DNA of 64,000 bases from Eledone cirrhosa. Lineage: Eukaryota. The notes below the pieces were generated by a model. That model ran no database searches. It saw only the letters and a program-made list of their open reading frames with translations, and was not told the DNA's origin. The stretch spans positions 236,034,001 to 236,098,000 of the forward strand of contig OZ024742.1 of NCBI GenBank assembly GCA_964016885.1, read 5' to 3'. The position numbers and the translations under genes are program-made. Positions 40,125-52,506 of the stretch are shown piece by piece (position 1 is the first letter of the stretch; every line of letters begins with the position of its first letter).

Positions 40125-40570
40125 AAACTTTTTGGAATGTTTTTTATCATAAGGCTATTTTCTGTCACACTGTGTTGACTTGGATGTAATGTACATGTTT
40201 TTCAGGTATCATCTAATCATTTTTTCACTTTTGAGAACTATTAGTATAACAGTCTGTGATGAAAAAAAAAGCTCAATTTAAAACAACTAAATGCAAGCTC
40301 TATATAATTTCTGAGTAACAAAGAGTATTTACATCTGTTTACGTTTCTGTGGTCTGGTTTTTATGGAGAAAAATAGTAAAACTCTACAGACGTCGATCAG
40401 TATTGGTCACTCAACTTTACTTGTTGTATTTAACATATTGGATTTAAAAGAAAACAATAGGGGTTGTGGCAAACGTCGAGATCATCCGGAAAGAAGAACA
40501 AGAAAAAGAACTTTTGTTTACTGAACAAAAACTGTTTTGTTTTACTTGAAAAAAAATAAGAGGTTAAAAT

Positions 40571-40642
40571 GGGCTCGTCCGGGATTGGAACCCGGGACCT
40601 CTCGCACCCAAAGCGAGAATCATACCCCTAGACCAACGAGCC
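40571..40642 (-). tRNA. tRNA-Pro(TGG), class C variant with T-loop A57>C (also at 42661, 44751, 62193)
   Basis: Plus strand reads gggattggaaccc, so the T loop is TTCCAAT. Confidence 0.6.
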
Positions 40643-41840
40643 AGCTACGTTCCGATTAAATACGTACTAGTAATTATAGTGTTAATGCTAGTTGTAAGTG
40701 AGACTCATCCTGACTGTTAATTTGGAGAGACATTTTTTGTTTCTTTTATAACTTTCATTTATTTTATCATGTTTTCAGTTGTCGAGGTTTTTTAGGTCGT
40801 TTGGATACCTCTTAAATCAATAGTCCATTTCTCAATCATATCAAAATATCGATAAATCAATAACAAAGCCTCATCCAGTATATGAAGTGGCCAGTTGTTG
40901 AAGGTGTCATCGGAGCTGTGCGAATTAACATAATGTGGTTGCTATTTGTAATATAATGTGTATTTATTTACCAGTTGGCTCGTTGGTCTAGGGGTATGAT
41001 TTTTCGCTTAGGGTGCGACAAATCCCGGGTTCAAATCGCGGACGAGCCCAAACATTTAGGATATTATTTTCATTTTAAATCTATTTTCTGTCGCACCATG
41101 TTGACTTAGATGTAATAAACATTTAAATTTATATATTTTTCAGGTATCATCTAATTTTTTTTTTTACCTTTGGGAACTATTAGTATAACAGTCTGTGAAA
41201 AAGAGCTCAATTTCAAACAACTAAATGCAAGCTCTATTCTGAGTAACAAAAAGTATTTACATCTGCTTACGTTTTCGTGGTCTGGTTTATATGTAGAAAA
41301 ATAATAATAAAACACTACAGACTTGGATCAGCATAGGTCACTCTGTTTTACTTCTAGTATTGTACATATTGGGTTTAAAAGGAAGAAACAATAGGGGCTG
41401 TAGGAAACGTCTAGATAATCCGGAAAGAAAAAGAACGGGAAAAAGAGCAAGAAAACTGTTTTCTTTGAAAAAAAAAAAGATTATGATGGGCTCGTCCGTG
41501 ATTTGCACCCTGGACCTCTCGCACCCAAGGCGAGAACCATGCGTCTAGACCAACGAACAACGCGTAACAATGCAATTAAATATATATTAGTAATTATAGT
41601 TTTAATGATAGTTGTAACTGAGTCTCTATGTTGGAAACACTTTTTTCTTTCTTTTTTAACTTATGTTGGGAACATTTTTTTTTGTTTGCTTTTTAATATT
41701 AATTTATTGTATTATGTTTCGACAGTCTAGGATTTTGAGGACACCCGGTCTATTCTTCAAACTTATTTCTACTTCTCAATCATGTCCAAATATCAATAAA
41801 TCAATAACATCAACCCAATAATCACAACTGACCCCATAAC

Positions 41841-42021
41841 GCGGATTGGCAGTATTGGTAAAGGGTCGGACGCCACTCTTTCCAGCATAGTTACGTCCCT
41901 TTATGATCTGAGTTCAAATCCCGCCGAGGTTAACTTTGCCTTTCATTCTTACGGGGTCGATAAAATAAAGTACCAGTAATGCACTGGGTTAATTGCTGGC
42001 CTTGTGCCTAAAGTAGAAACA
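41841..42021 (+). mobile_element. tRNA-derived SINE (copy 2)
   Basis: Same sequence and junctions as 39751-39931, offset 2,090 bp. Confidence 0.85.
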
Positions 42022-43930
42022 ATTACTATTACACCTTTTTTATAAAGCATATGACGTGGCCAATTTCAGAAAGTGTAATATATTTGCAAAGTAATATAAA
42101 CTTACTGCTTTTAGTATATTAATTTGAACGTATTTACCAGTTGGTTCGTTGGTCTAGGGTTATGATTTTCGCTTAGGGTGCGAGAGGTCCCGGGTTCAAA
42201 TCCCGGACGAGCCCAAACTTTTTGGAATGTTTTTTATCATAAGGCTATTTTCTGTCACACTGTGTTGACTTGGATGTAATGTACATGTTTTTCAGGTATC
42301 ATCTAATCATTTTTTCACTTTTGAGAACTATTAGTATAACAGTCTGTGATGAAAAAAAAAGCTCAATTTAAAACATCTAAATGCAAGCTCTATATAATTT
42401 CTGAGTAACAAAGAGTATTTACATCTGTTTACGTTTCTGTGGTCTGGTTTTTATGGAGAAAAATAGTAAAACTCTACAGACGTCGATCAGTATTGGTCAC
42501 TCAACTTTACTTGTTGTATTTAACATATTGGATTTAAAAGAAAACAATAGGGGTTGTGGCAAACGTCGAGATCATCCGGAAAGAAGAACAAGAAAAAGAA
42601 CTTTTGTTTACTGAACAAAAACTGTTTTGTTTTACTTGAAAAAAAATAAGAGGTTAAAATGGGCTCGTCCGGGATTGGAACCCGGGACCTCTCGCACCCA
42701 AAGCGAGAATCATACCCCTAGACCAACGAGCCAGCTACGTTCCGATTAAATACGTACTAGTAATTATAGTGTTAATGCTAGTTGTAAGTGAGACTCATCC
42801 TGACTGTTAATTTGGAGAGACATTTTTTGTTTCTTTTATAACTTTCATTTATTTTATCATGTTTTCAGTTGTCGAGGTTTTTTAGGTCGTTTGGATACCT
42901 CTTAAATCAATAGTCCATTTCTCAATCATATCAAAATATCGATAAATCAATAACAAAGCCTCATCCAGTATATGAAGTGGCCAGTTGTTGAAGGTGTCAT
43001 CGGAGCTGTGCGAATTAACATAATGTGGTTGCTATTTGTAATATAATGTGTATTTATTTACCAGTTGGCTCGTTGGTCTAGGGGTATGATTTTTCGCTTA
43101 GGGTGCGACAAATCCCGGGTTCAAATCGCGGACGAGCCCAAACATTTAGGATATTATTTTCATTTTAAATCTATTTTCTGTCGCACCATGTTGACTTAGA
43201 TGTAATAAACATTTAAATTTATATATTTTTCAGGTATCATCTAATTTTTTTTTTTACCTTTGGGAACTATTAGTATAACAGTCTGTGAAAAAGAGCTCAA
43301 TTTCAAACAACTAAATGCAAGCTCTATTCTGAGTAACAAAAAGTATTTACATCTGCTTACGTTTTCGTGGTCTGGTTTATATGTAGAAAAATAATAATAA
43401 AACACTACAGACTTGGATCAGCATAGGTCACTCTGTTTTACTTCTAGTATTGTACATATTGGGTTTAAAAGGAAGAAACAATAGGGGCTGTAGGAAACGT
43501 CTAGATAATCCGGAAAGAAAAAGAACGGGAAAAAGAGCAAGAAAACTGTTTTCTTTGAAAAAAAAAAAGATTATGATGGGCTCGTCCGTGATTTGCACCC
43601 TGGACCTCTCGCACCCAAGGCGAGAACCATGCGTCTAGACCAACGAACAACGCGTAACAATGCAATTAAATATATATTAGTAATTATAGTTTTAATGATA
43701 GTTGTAACTGAGTCTCTATGTTGGAAACACTTTTTTCTTTCTTTTTTAACTTATGTTGGGAACATTTTTTTTTGTTTGCTTTTTAATATTAATTTATTGT
43801 ATTATGTTTCGACAGTCTAGGATTTTGAGGACACTCGGTCTATTCTTCAAACTTATTTCTACTTCTCAATCATGTCCAAATATCAATAAATCAATAACAT
43901 CAACCCAATAATCACAACTGACCCCATAAC

Positions 43931-44111
43931 GCGGATTGGCAGTATTGGTAAAGGGTCGGACGCCACTCTTTCCAGCATAGTTACGTCCCTTTATGATCTG
44001 AGTTCAAATCCCGCCGAGGTTAACTTTGCCTTTCATTCTTACGGGGTCGATAAAATAAAGTACCAGTAATGCACTGGGTTAATTGCTGGCCTTGTGCCTA
44101 AAGTAGAAACA
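43931..44111 (+). mobile_element. tRNA-derived SINE (copy 3)
   Basis: Same sequence and junctions as 39751-39931, offset 4,180 bp. Confidence 0.85.
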
Positions 44112-45245
44112 ATTACTATTACACCTTTTTTATAAAGCATATGACGTGGCCAATTTCAGAAAGTGTAATATATTTGCAAAGTAATATAAACTTACTGCTT
44201 TTAGTATATTAATTTGAACGTATTTACCAGTTGGTTCGTTGGTCTAGGGTTATGATTTTCGCTTAGGGTGCGAGAGGTCCCGGGTTCAAATCCCGGACGA
44301 GCCCAAACTTTTTGGAATGTTTTTTATCATAAGGCTATTTTCTGTCACACTGTGTTGACTTGGATGTAATGTACATGTTTTTCAGGTATCATCTAATCAT
44401 TTTTTCACTTTTGAGAACTATTAGTATAACAGTCTGTGATGAAAAAAAAAGCTAAATTTAAAACAACTAAATGCAAGCTCTATATAATTTCTGAGTAACA
44501 AAGAGTATTTACATCTGTTTACGTTTCTGTGGTCTGGTTTTTATGGAGAAAAATAGTAAAACTCTACAGACGTCGATCAGTATTGGTCACTCAACTTTAC
44601 TTGTTGTATTTAACATATTGGATTTAAAAGAAAACAATAGGGGTTGTGGCAAACGTCGAGATCATCCGGAAAGAAGAACAAGAAAAAGAACTTTTGTTTA
44701 CTGAACAAAAACTGTTTTGTTTTACTTGAAAAAAAATAAGAGGTTAAAATGGGCTCGTCCGGGATTGGAACCCGGGACCTCTCGCACCCAAAGCGAGAAT
44801 CATACCCCTAGACCAACGAGCCAGCTACGTTCCGATTAAATACGTACTAGTAATTATAGTGTTAATGCTAGTTGTAAGTGAGACTCTGACTGACTGTTAA
44901 TTTGGAGAGACATTTTTTGTTTCTTTTATAACTTTCATTTATTTTATCATGTTTTCAGTTGTCGGGCTTTTTTAGGTCGTTTGGTCACCTCTTAAATCAA
45001 TAGTCCATTTCTAAATCATATCAAAATATCGATAAATCAATAACAAAGCCTCATCCAGTATATGAAGTGGCCAGTTGTTGAAGGTGTAATCGTAGCTGTG
45101 CGAATTAACATAATGTGGTTTCTATTTGAAATATAATGTGTATTTATTTACCAGTTGGCTCGTTGGTCTAGGGGTATGATTTTTTCGCTTAGGGTGCGAC
45201 AGATCCCGGGTTCAAATCGCGGACGAGCCCAAACATTTAGGATAT

Positions 45246-45279
45246 TATTTTCATTTTAAATCTATTTTCATTTTAAATC
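45246..45279. repeat. 17-bp tandem duplication TATTTTCATTTTAAATC x2 (also at 47177, 54845, 62688)
   Basis: Single copy in the other units. Confidence 0.9.
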
Positions 45280-46161
45280 TATTTTCTGTCGCACCATGTT
45301 GACTTAGATGTAATAAACATTTAAACTTATATATTTTCAGGTATCATCTAATCTTTTTTTTTTACCTTTGGGAACTATTAGTATAACAGTCTGTGAAAAA
45401 GAGCTCAATTTCAAACAACTAAATACAAGCTCTATTCTGAGTAACAAAAAGTATGTACATCTGCTTACGTTTTCGTGGTCTGGTTTATATGTAGAAAAAT
45501 AATAATAAAACACTACAGACTTGGATCAGCATAGGTCACTCTGTTCTACTTGTAGTATTTTACATATTGGGTTTAAAAGGACGAAACAATAGGGGCTGTG
45601 GGAAACGTCTAGATAATCCGGAAAGAAAAAGAACGGGAAAAAGAGTAAGAAAACTGTTTTCTTTAAAAAAAAAAAAAGATTATGATGGGCTCGTCCGTGA
45701 TTTGCACCCTGGACCTCTCGCACCCAAGGCGAGAACCATGCGTCTAGACCAACAAACAACGCATAACAATGTGATGAAATATATATTAGTAATTATAGTT
45801 TTAATGATAGTTGTAACTGAGTCTGTATGTTGGAAACACTTTTTTCTTTCTTTTTTAACTTATGTTGGGAACATTTATTTTTGTTTGCTTTTTAATTTTA
45901 ATTTATTTTATTATGTTTCTACAGGTCTAGGATTTTTAGGACACCCGGTCTATTCTTCAAACATAATTCCACTTCTCAATCATGTCCAAATATCAATAAA
46001 TCAATAACATCAACCCAATAATCACAACTGACGCCATAACATTACTATTACACCTTTTTTATAAAGCATATGACGTGGCCAATTTCAGAAAGTGTAATAT
46101 ATTTGCAAAGTAATATAAACTTACTGCTTTTAGTATATTAGTTTGAACGTATTTACCAGTT

Positions 46162-46234
46162 GGTTCGTTGGTCTAGGGGTATGATTTTTCGCTTAGGGTG
46201 CGAGAGGTCCCGGGTTCAAATCCCGGACGAGCCC
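46162..46234 (+). tRNA. tRNA-Pro(AGG), class B variant with a 1-nt T insertion (also starting at 48091, 50005, 53829, 63607), function doubtful
   Basis: ATGATTTTTCGC (five T) versus the modal ATGATTTTCGC. Confidence 0.5.
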
Positions 46235-46682
46235 AAACTTTTTGGAATATTTTTTTTATCATAAGGCTATTTTCTGTCACACTGTGTTGACTTGGATGTA
46301 ATGTACATGTTTTTCAGGTATCATCTAATTTTTTTTTCACTTTTGAGAACAATTAGTATAACAGTCTGTGATGAAAAAAAAACCTCAATTTAAAACAACT
46401 AAATGCAAGCTCTATATAATTTCTGAGTAACAAAGAGTATTTACATCTGTTTACGTTTCTGTGGTCTGGTTTATATGGAGAAAAATAGTAAAACTCTACA
46501 GACGTCGATCAGTATTGGTCACTCAAATTTACTTGTTGTATTTAACATATTGGATTTAAAAGAAAACAATAGGGGTTGTGGCAAACGTCGAGATCATCCG
46601 GAAAGAAGAACAAGAAAAAGAACTTTTGTGTACTGAACGAAAACTGTTTTGTTTTTTTTGAAAAGAAATAAGATGTTATAAT

Positions 46683-46754
46683 GGGCTCGTCCGGGATTTG
46701 AACCCGGGACCTCTCGCACCCAAAGCGAGAATCATACCCCTAGACCAACGGGCC
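46683..46754 (-). tRNA. tRNA-Pro(TGG) with T4>C acceptor mismatch (also 54350-54421)
   Basis: Plus strand ends caacgggcc. Confidence 0.7.
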
Positions 46755-48610
46755 AGCTACGTTCTGATTAAATACGTAATAGTAATTATAGTGTTAATGC
46801 TAGTTGTAAGTGAGACTTTGACTGACTGTTAATTTGGAGAGACATTTTTTGTTTCTTTTATAACTTTCATTTATTTTATCATGTTTTCAGTTGTCGGGCT
46901 TTTTTAGGTCGTTTGGTCACCTCTTAAATCAATAGTCCATTTCTAAATCATATCAAAATATCGATAAATCAATAACAAAGCCTCATCCAGTATATGAAGT
47001 GGCCAGTTGTTGAAGGTGTAATCGTAGCTGTGCGAATTAACATAATGTGGTTGCTATTTGTAATATAAAGTGTATTTATTTACCAGTTGGCTCGTTGGTC
47101 TAGGGTATGATTTTTTCGCTTAGGGTGCGACAGATCCCGGGTTCAAATCGCGGACGAGCCCAAACATTTAGGATATTATTTTCATTTTAAATCTATTTTC
47201 ATTTTAAATCTATTTTCTGTCGCACCATGTTGACTTAGATGTAATAAACATTTAAACTTATATATTTTCAGGTATCATCTAATCTTTTTTTTTTACCTTT
47301 GGGAACTATTAGTATAACAGTCTGTGAAAAAGAGCTCAATTTCAAACAACTAAATACAAGCTCTATTCTGAGTAACAAAAAGTATGTACATCTGCTTACG
47401 TTTTCGTGGTCTGCTTTATATGTAGAAAAATAATAATAAAACACTACAGACATGGATCAGCATAGGTCACTCTGTTTTACTTGTAGTATTTTACATATTG
47501 GGTTTAAAAGGAAGAAACAATAGGGGCTGTAGGAAACGTCTAGATAATCCGGAAAGAAAAAGAACGGGAAAAAGAGCAAGAAAACTGTTTTCTTTAAAAA
47601 AAAATAGATTATGATGGGCTCGTCTGTGATTTGCACTCTGGACCTCTCGCACCCAAGGCGAGAACCATGCGTCTAGACCAACGAACAACGCATAACAATG
47701 CAATTAAATATATATTAGTAATTATAGTTTTAATGATAGTTGTAACTGAGTCTCTATGTTGGAAACACTTTTTTCTTTCTTTTTTAACTTATGTTGGGAA
47801 CATTTTTTTTTGTTTGCTTTTTAATTTTAATTTATTTTATTATGTTTCTACAGATCTAGGATTTTGAGGACACCCGGTCTATTCTTCAAACTTAATTCAA
47901 CTTCTCAATCATGTCCAAATATCAATGAATCAATAACATCAACCCAATAATCACAACTGACGCCATAACATTACTATTACACCTTTTTTATAAAGCATAT
48001 GACGTGGCCAATTTCAGAAAGTGTAATATATTTGCAAAGTAATATAAACTTACTGCTTTTAGTATATTAGTTTGAACGTATTTACCAGTTGGTTCGTTGG
48101 TCTGGGGGTATGATTTTTCGCTTAGGGTGCGAGAGGTCCCGGGTTCAAATCCCGGACGAGCCCAAACTTTTTGGAATCTTTTTTTTATCATAAGGCTATT
48201 TTCTGTCACACTGTGTTGACTTGGATGTAATGTACATGTTTTTCAGGTATCATCTAATTTTTTTTTCACTTTTGAGAACAATTAGTATAACAGTCTGTGA
48301 TGAAAAAAAAAGCTCAATTTAAAACAACTAAATGCAAGCTCTATATAATTTCTGAGTAACAAAGAGTATTTACATCTGTTTACGTTTCTGTGGTCTGGTT
48401 TATATGGAGAAAAATAGTAAAACTCTACAGACGTCGATCAGTATTGGTCACTCAAATTTACTTGTAGTATTTAACATTTTGGATTTAAAAGAATACAATA
48501 GGGGTTGTGGCAAACGTCGAGACCATCCGGAAAGAAGAACAAGAAAAAGAACTTTTGCGTACTGAACAAAAACTGTTTTGTTTTTTTGAAAAGAAATAAG
48601 AGGTTATAAT

Positions 48611-48682
48611 GGGCTCGTCCGGGATTTGAACCCGGGACCTCTCGCACCCAAAGCGAGAATCATACCCCTAGACCAACGAGCC
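48611..48682 (-). tRNA. tRNA-Pro(TGG), canonical
   Basis: Same sequence as 10896-10967. Confidence 0.95.
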
Positions 48683-50524
48683 AGCTACGTTCCGATTAAA
48701 TGCGTACTAGTAATTATAGTGTTAATGCTAGTTGTAAGTGAGACTCTGCCTGACTGTTAATTTGGAGAGACATTTTTTGGTTCTTTTATAACTTTCATTT
48801 ATTTTATCATGTTTTCAGTTGTCGAGGTTTTTTAGGTCGTTTGGTCACCTCTCAAATCAATAGTCCATTTCTCAATCATATCAAAATATCGATCAATCAA
48901 TAACAAAGCCTCATCCAGTATATGAAGTGGCCAGTTGTTGAAGGTGTCATCGTAGCTGTGCGAATTAACATAATGTGGTTGCTATTTGTAATATAATGTG
49001 TATTTATTTATCTGTTGGCTCGTTGGTTTAGGTGTATGATTTTTCGCTTAGGGTGCGACAGATCCCGGGTTCAAATCGCGGACGAGCCCAAATATTTAGG
49101 ATATTATTTTCATTTTAAATCTATTTTCTGTCGCACCATGTTGACTTAGATGTAATAAACATTTAAATTTATATATTTTTCAGGTATAATCTAATCTTTT
49201 TTTTTTACCTTTGGGAACTATTAGTATAACAGTCTGTGTAAAAGAGCTCAATTTCAAACAACTAAATGCAAGCTCTATTCTGAGTAACAAAAAGTATTTA
49301 CATCTGCTTACGTTTTCGTGGTCTGGTTTATATGTAGAAAAATAATAATAAAACACTACAGACTTGGATCAGCATAGGTCACTCTGTTTTACTTGTAGTA
49401 TTTTACATATTGGGTTTAAAAGGACGAAACAATAGGGGCTGTGGGAAACGTCTAGATAATCCGGAAAGAAAAAGAACGGGAAAAAGAGTAAGAAAACTGT
49501 TTTCTTTAAAAAAAAAAAAAGATTATGATGGGCTCGTCCGTGATTTGCACCCTGGACCTCTCGCACCCAAGGCGAGAACCATGCGTCTAGACCAACAAAC
49601 AACGCATAACAATGTAATGAAATATATATTAGTAATTATAGTTTTAATGATAGTTGTAACTGAGTCTGTATGTTGGAAACACTTTTTTCTTTCTTTTTTA
49701 ACTTATGTTGGGAACATTTATTTTTGTTTGCTTTTTAATTTTAATTTATTTTATTATGTTTCTACAGGTCTAGGATTTTTAGGACACCCGGTCTATTCTT
49801 CAAACATAATTCCACTTCTCAATCATGTCCAAATATCAATAAATCAATAACATCAACCCAATAATCACAACTGACGCCATAACATTACTATTACACCTTT
49901 TTTATAAAGCATATGACGTGGCCAATTTCAGAAAGTGTAATATATTTGCAAAGTAATATAAACTTACTGCTTTTAGTATATTAGTTTGAACGTATTTACC
50001 AGTTGGTTCGTTGGTCTAGGGGTATGATTTTTCGCTTAGGGTGCGAGAGGTCCCGGGTTCAAATCCCGGACGAGCCCAAACTTTTTGGAATATTTTTTTT
50101 ATCATAAGGCTATTTTCTGTCACACTGTGTTGACTTGGATGTAATGTACATGTTTTTCAGGTATCATCTAATTTTTTTTTCACTTTTGAGAACAATTAGT
50201 ATAACAGTCTGTGATGAAAAAAAAAGCTCAATTTAAAACAACTAAATGCAAGCTCTATATAATTTCTGAGTAACAAAGAGTATTTACATCTGTTTACGTT
50301 TCTGTGGTCTGGTTTATATGGAGAAAAATAGTAAAACTCTACAGACGTCGATCAGTATTGGTCACTCAAATTTACTTGTTGTATTTAACATATTGGATTT
50401 AAAAGAAAACAATAGGGGTTGTGGCAAACGTCGAGATCATCCGGAAAGAAGAACAAGAAAAAGAACTTTTGCGTACTGAACAAAAACTGTTTTGTTTTTT
50501 TGAAAAGAAATAAGAGGTTATAAT

Positions 50525-50596
50525 GGGCTCGTCCGGGATTTGAACCCGGGACCTCTCGCACCCAAAGCGAGAATCATACCCCTAGACCAACGAGCC
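50525..50596 (-). tRNA. tRNA-Pro(TGG), canonical
   Basis: Same sequence as 10896-10967. Confidence 0.95.
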
Positions 50597-51917
50597 AGCT
50601 ACGTTCCGATTAAATACGTACTAGTAATTATAGTGTTAATGCTAGTTGTAAGTGAGACTCTGCCTGACTGTTAATTTGGAGAGACATTTTTTGGTTCTTT
50701 TATAACTTTCATTTATTTTATCATGTTTTCAGTTGTCGAGGTTTTTTAGGTCGTTTGGTCACCTCTCAAATCAATAGTCCATTTCTCAATCATATCAAAA
50801 TATCGATCAATCAATAACAAAGCCTCATCCAGTATATGAAGTGGCCAGTTGTTGAAGGTGTCATCGTAGCTGTGCGAATTAACATAATGTGGTTGCTATT
50901 TGTAATATAATGTGTATTTATTTACCTGTTGGCTCGTTGGTTTAGGGGTATGATTTTTCGCTTAGGGTGCGACAGATCCCGGGTTCAAATCGCGGACGAG
51001 CCCAAACATTTAGGATATTATTTTCATTTTAAATCTATTTTCTGTCGCACCATGTTGACTTAGATGTAATAAACATTTAAATTTATATATTTTTCAGGTA
51101 TAATCTAATCTTTTTTTTTACCTTTGGGAACTATTAGTATAACAGTCTGTGTAAAAGAGCTCAATTTCAAACAACTAAATGCAAGCTCTATTCTGAGTAA
51201 CAAAAAGTATTTACATCTGCTTACGTTTTCGTGGTCTGGTTTATATGTAGAAAAATAATAATAAAACACTACAGACTTGGATCAGCATAGGTCACTCTGT
51301 TTTACTTGTAGTATTTTACATATTGGGTTTAAAAGGACGAAACAATAGGGGCTGTGGGAAACGTCTAGATAATCCGGAAAGAAAAAGAACGGGAAAAAGA
51401 GTAAGAAAACTGTTTTCTTTAAAAAAAAAAAAAGATTATGATGGGCTCGTCCGTGATTTGCACCCTGGACCTCTCGCACCCAAGGCGAGAACCATGCGTC
51501 TAGACCAACAAACAACGCATAACAATGTAATTAAATATATATTAGTAATTATAGTTTTAATGATAGTTGTAACTGAGTCTGTATGTTGGAAACACTTTTT
51601 TCTTTCTTTTTTAACTTATGTTGGGAACATTTATTTTTGTTTGCTTTTTAATTTTAATTTATTTTATTATGTTTCTACAGGTCTAGGATTTTTAGGACAC
51701 CCGGTCTATTCTTCAAACATAATTCCACTTCTCAATCATGTCCAAATATCAATAAATCAATAACATCAACCCAATAATCACAACTGACGCCATAACATTA
51801 CTATTACACCTTTTTTATAAAGCATATGACGTGGCCAATTTCAGAAAGTGTAATATATTTGAAAAGTAATATAAACTTACTGCTTTTAGTATATTAATTT
51901 GAACGTATTTACCAGTT

Positions 51918-51989
51918 GGTTCGTTGGTCTAGGGATATGATTTTCGCTTAGGGTGCGAGAGGTCCCGGGTTCAAATCCCGGACGAGCCC
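51918..51989 (+). tRNA. tRNA-Pro(AGG), class B variant with G19>A
   Basis: CTAGGGATATG instead of CTAGGGGTATG. Confidence 0.55.
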
Positions 51990-52434
51990 AAACTTTTTGG
52001 AATGTTTTTTATCATAAGGCTATTTTCTGTCACACTGTGTTGACTTGGATGTAATGTACATGTTTTTCAGGTATCATCTAATTTTTATTTCACTTTTGAG
52101 AACAATTAGTATAACAGTCTGTGATGAAAAAAAAAGCTCAATTTAAAACAACTAAATGCAAGCTCTATATAATTTCTGAGTAACAAAGAGTATTTACATT
52201 TGTTTACGTTTCTGTGGTCTGGTTTATATGCAGAAAAATAGTAAAACTCTACAGACGTCGATCAGTATTGGTCACTCAAATTTACTTGTAGTATTTAACA
52301 TATTGGATTTAAAAGAATACAATAGGGGTTGTGGCAAACGTCGAGATCATCCGGAAAGAAGAACAAGAAAAAGAACTTTTGCGTACTGAACAAAAACTGT
52401 TTTGTTTTTTTGAAAAGAAATAAGAGGTTATAAT

Positions 52435-52506
52435 GGGCTCGTCCGGGATTTGAACCCGGGACCTCTCGCACCCAAAGCGAGAATCATACCCCTAGACCAA
52501 CGAGCC
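52435..52506 (-). tRNA. tRNA-Pro(TGG), canonical
   Basis: Same sequence as 10896-10967. Confidence 0.95.

Noticed and set aside
47988-48209. ORF containing WARPGFEPGTSRTLSE
   Set aside because: It is the antisense translation of the tRNA-Pro gene at 48091.
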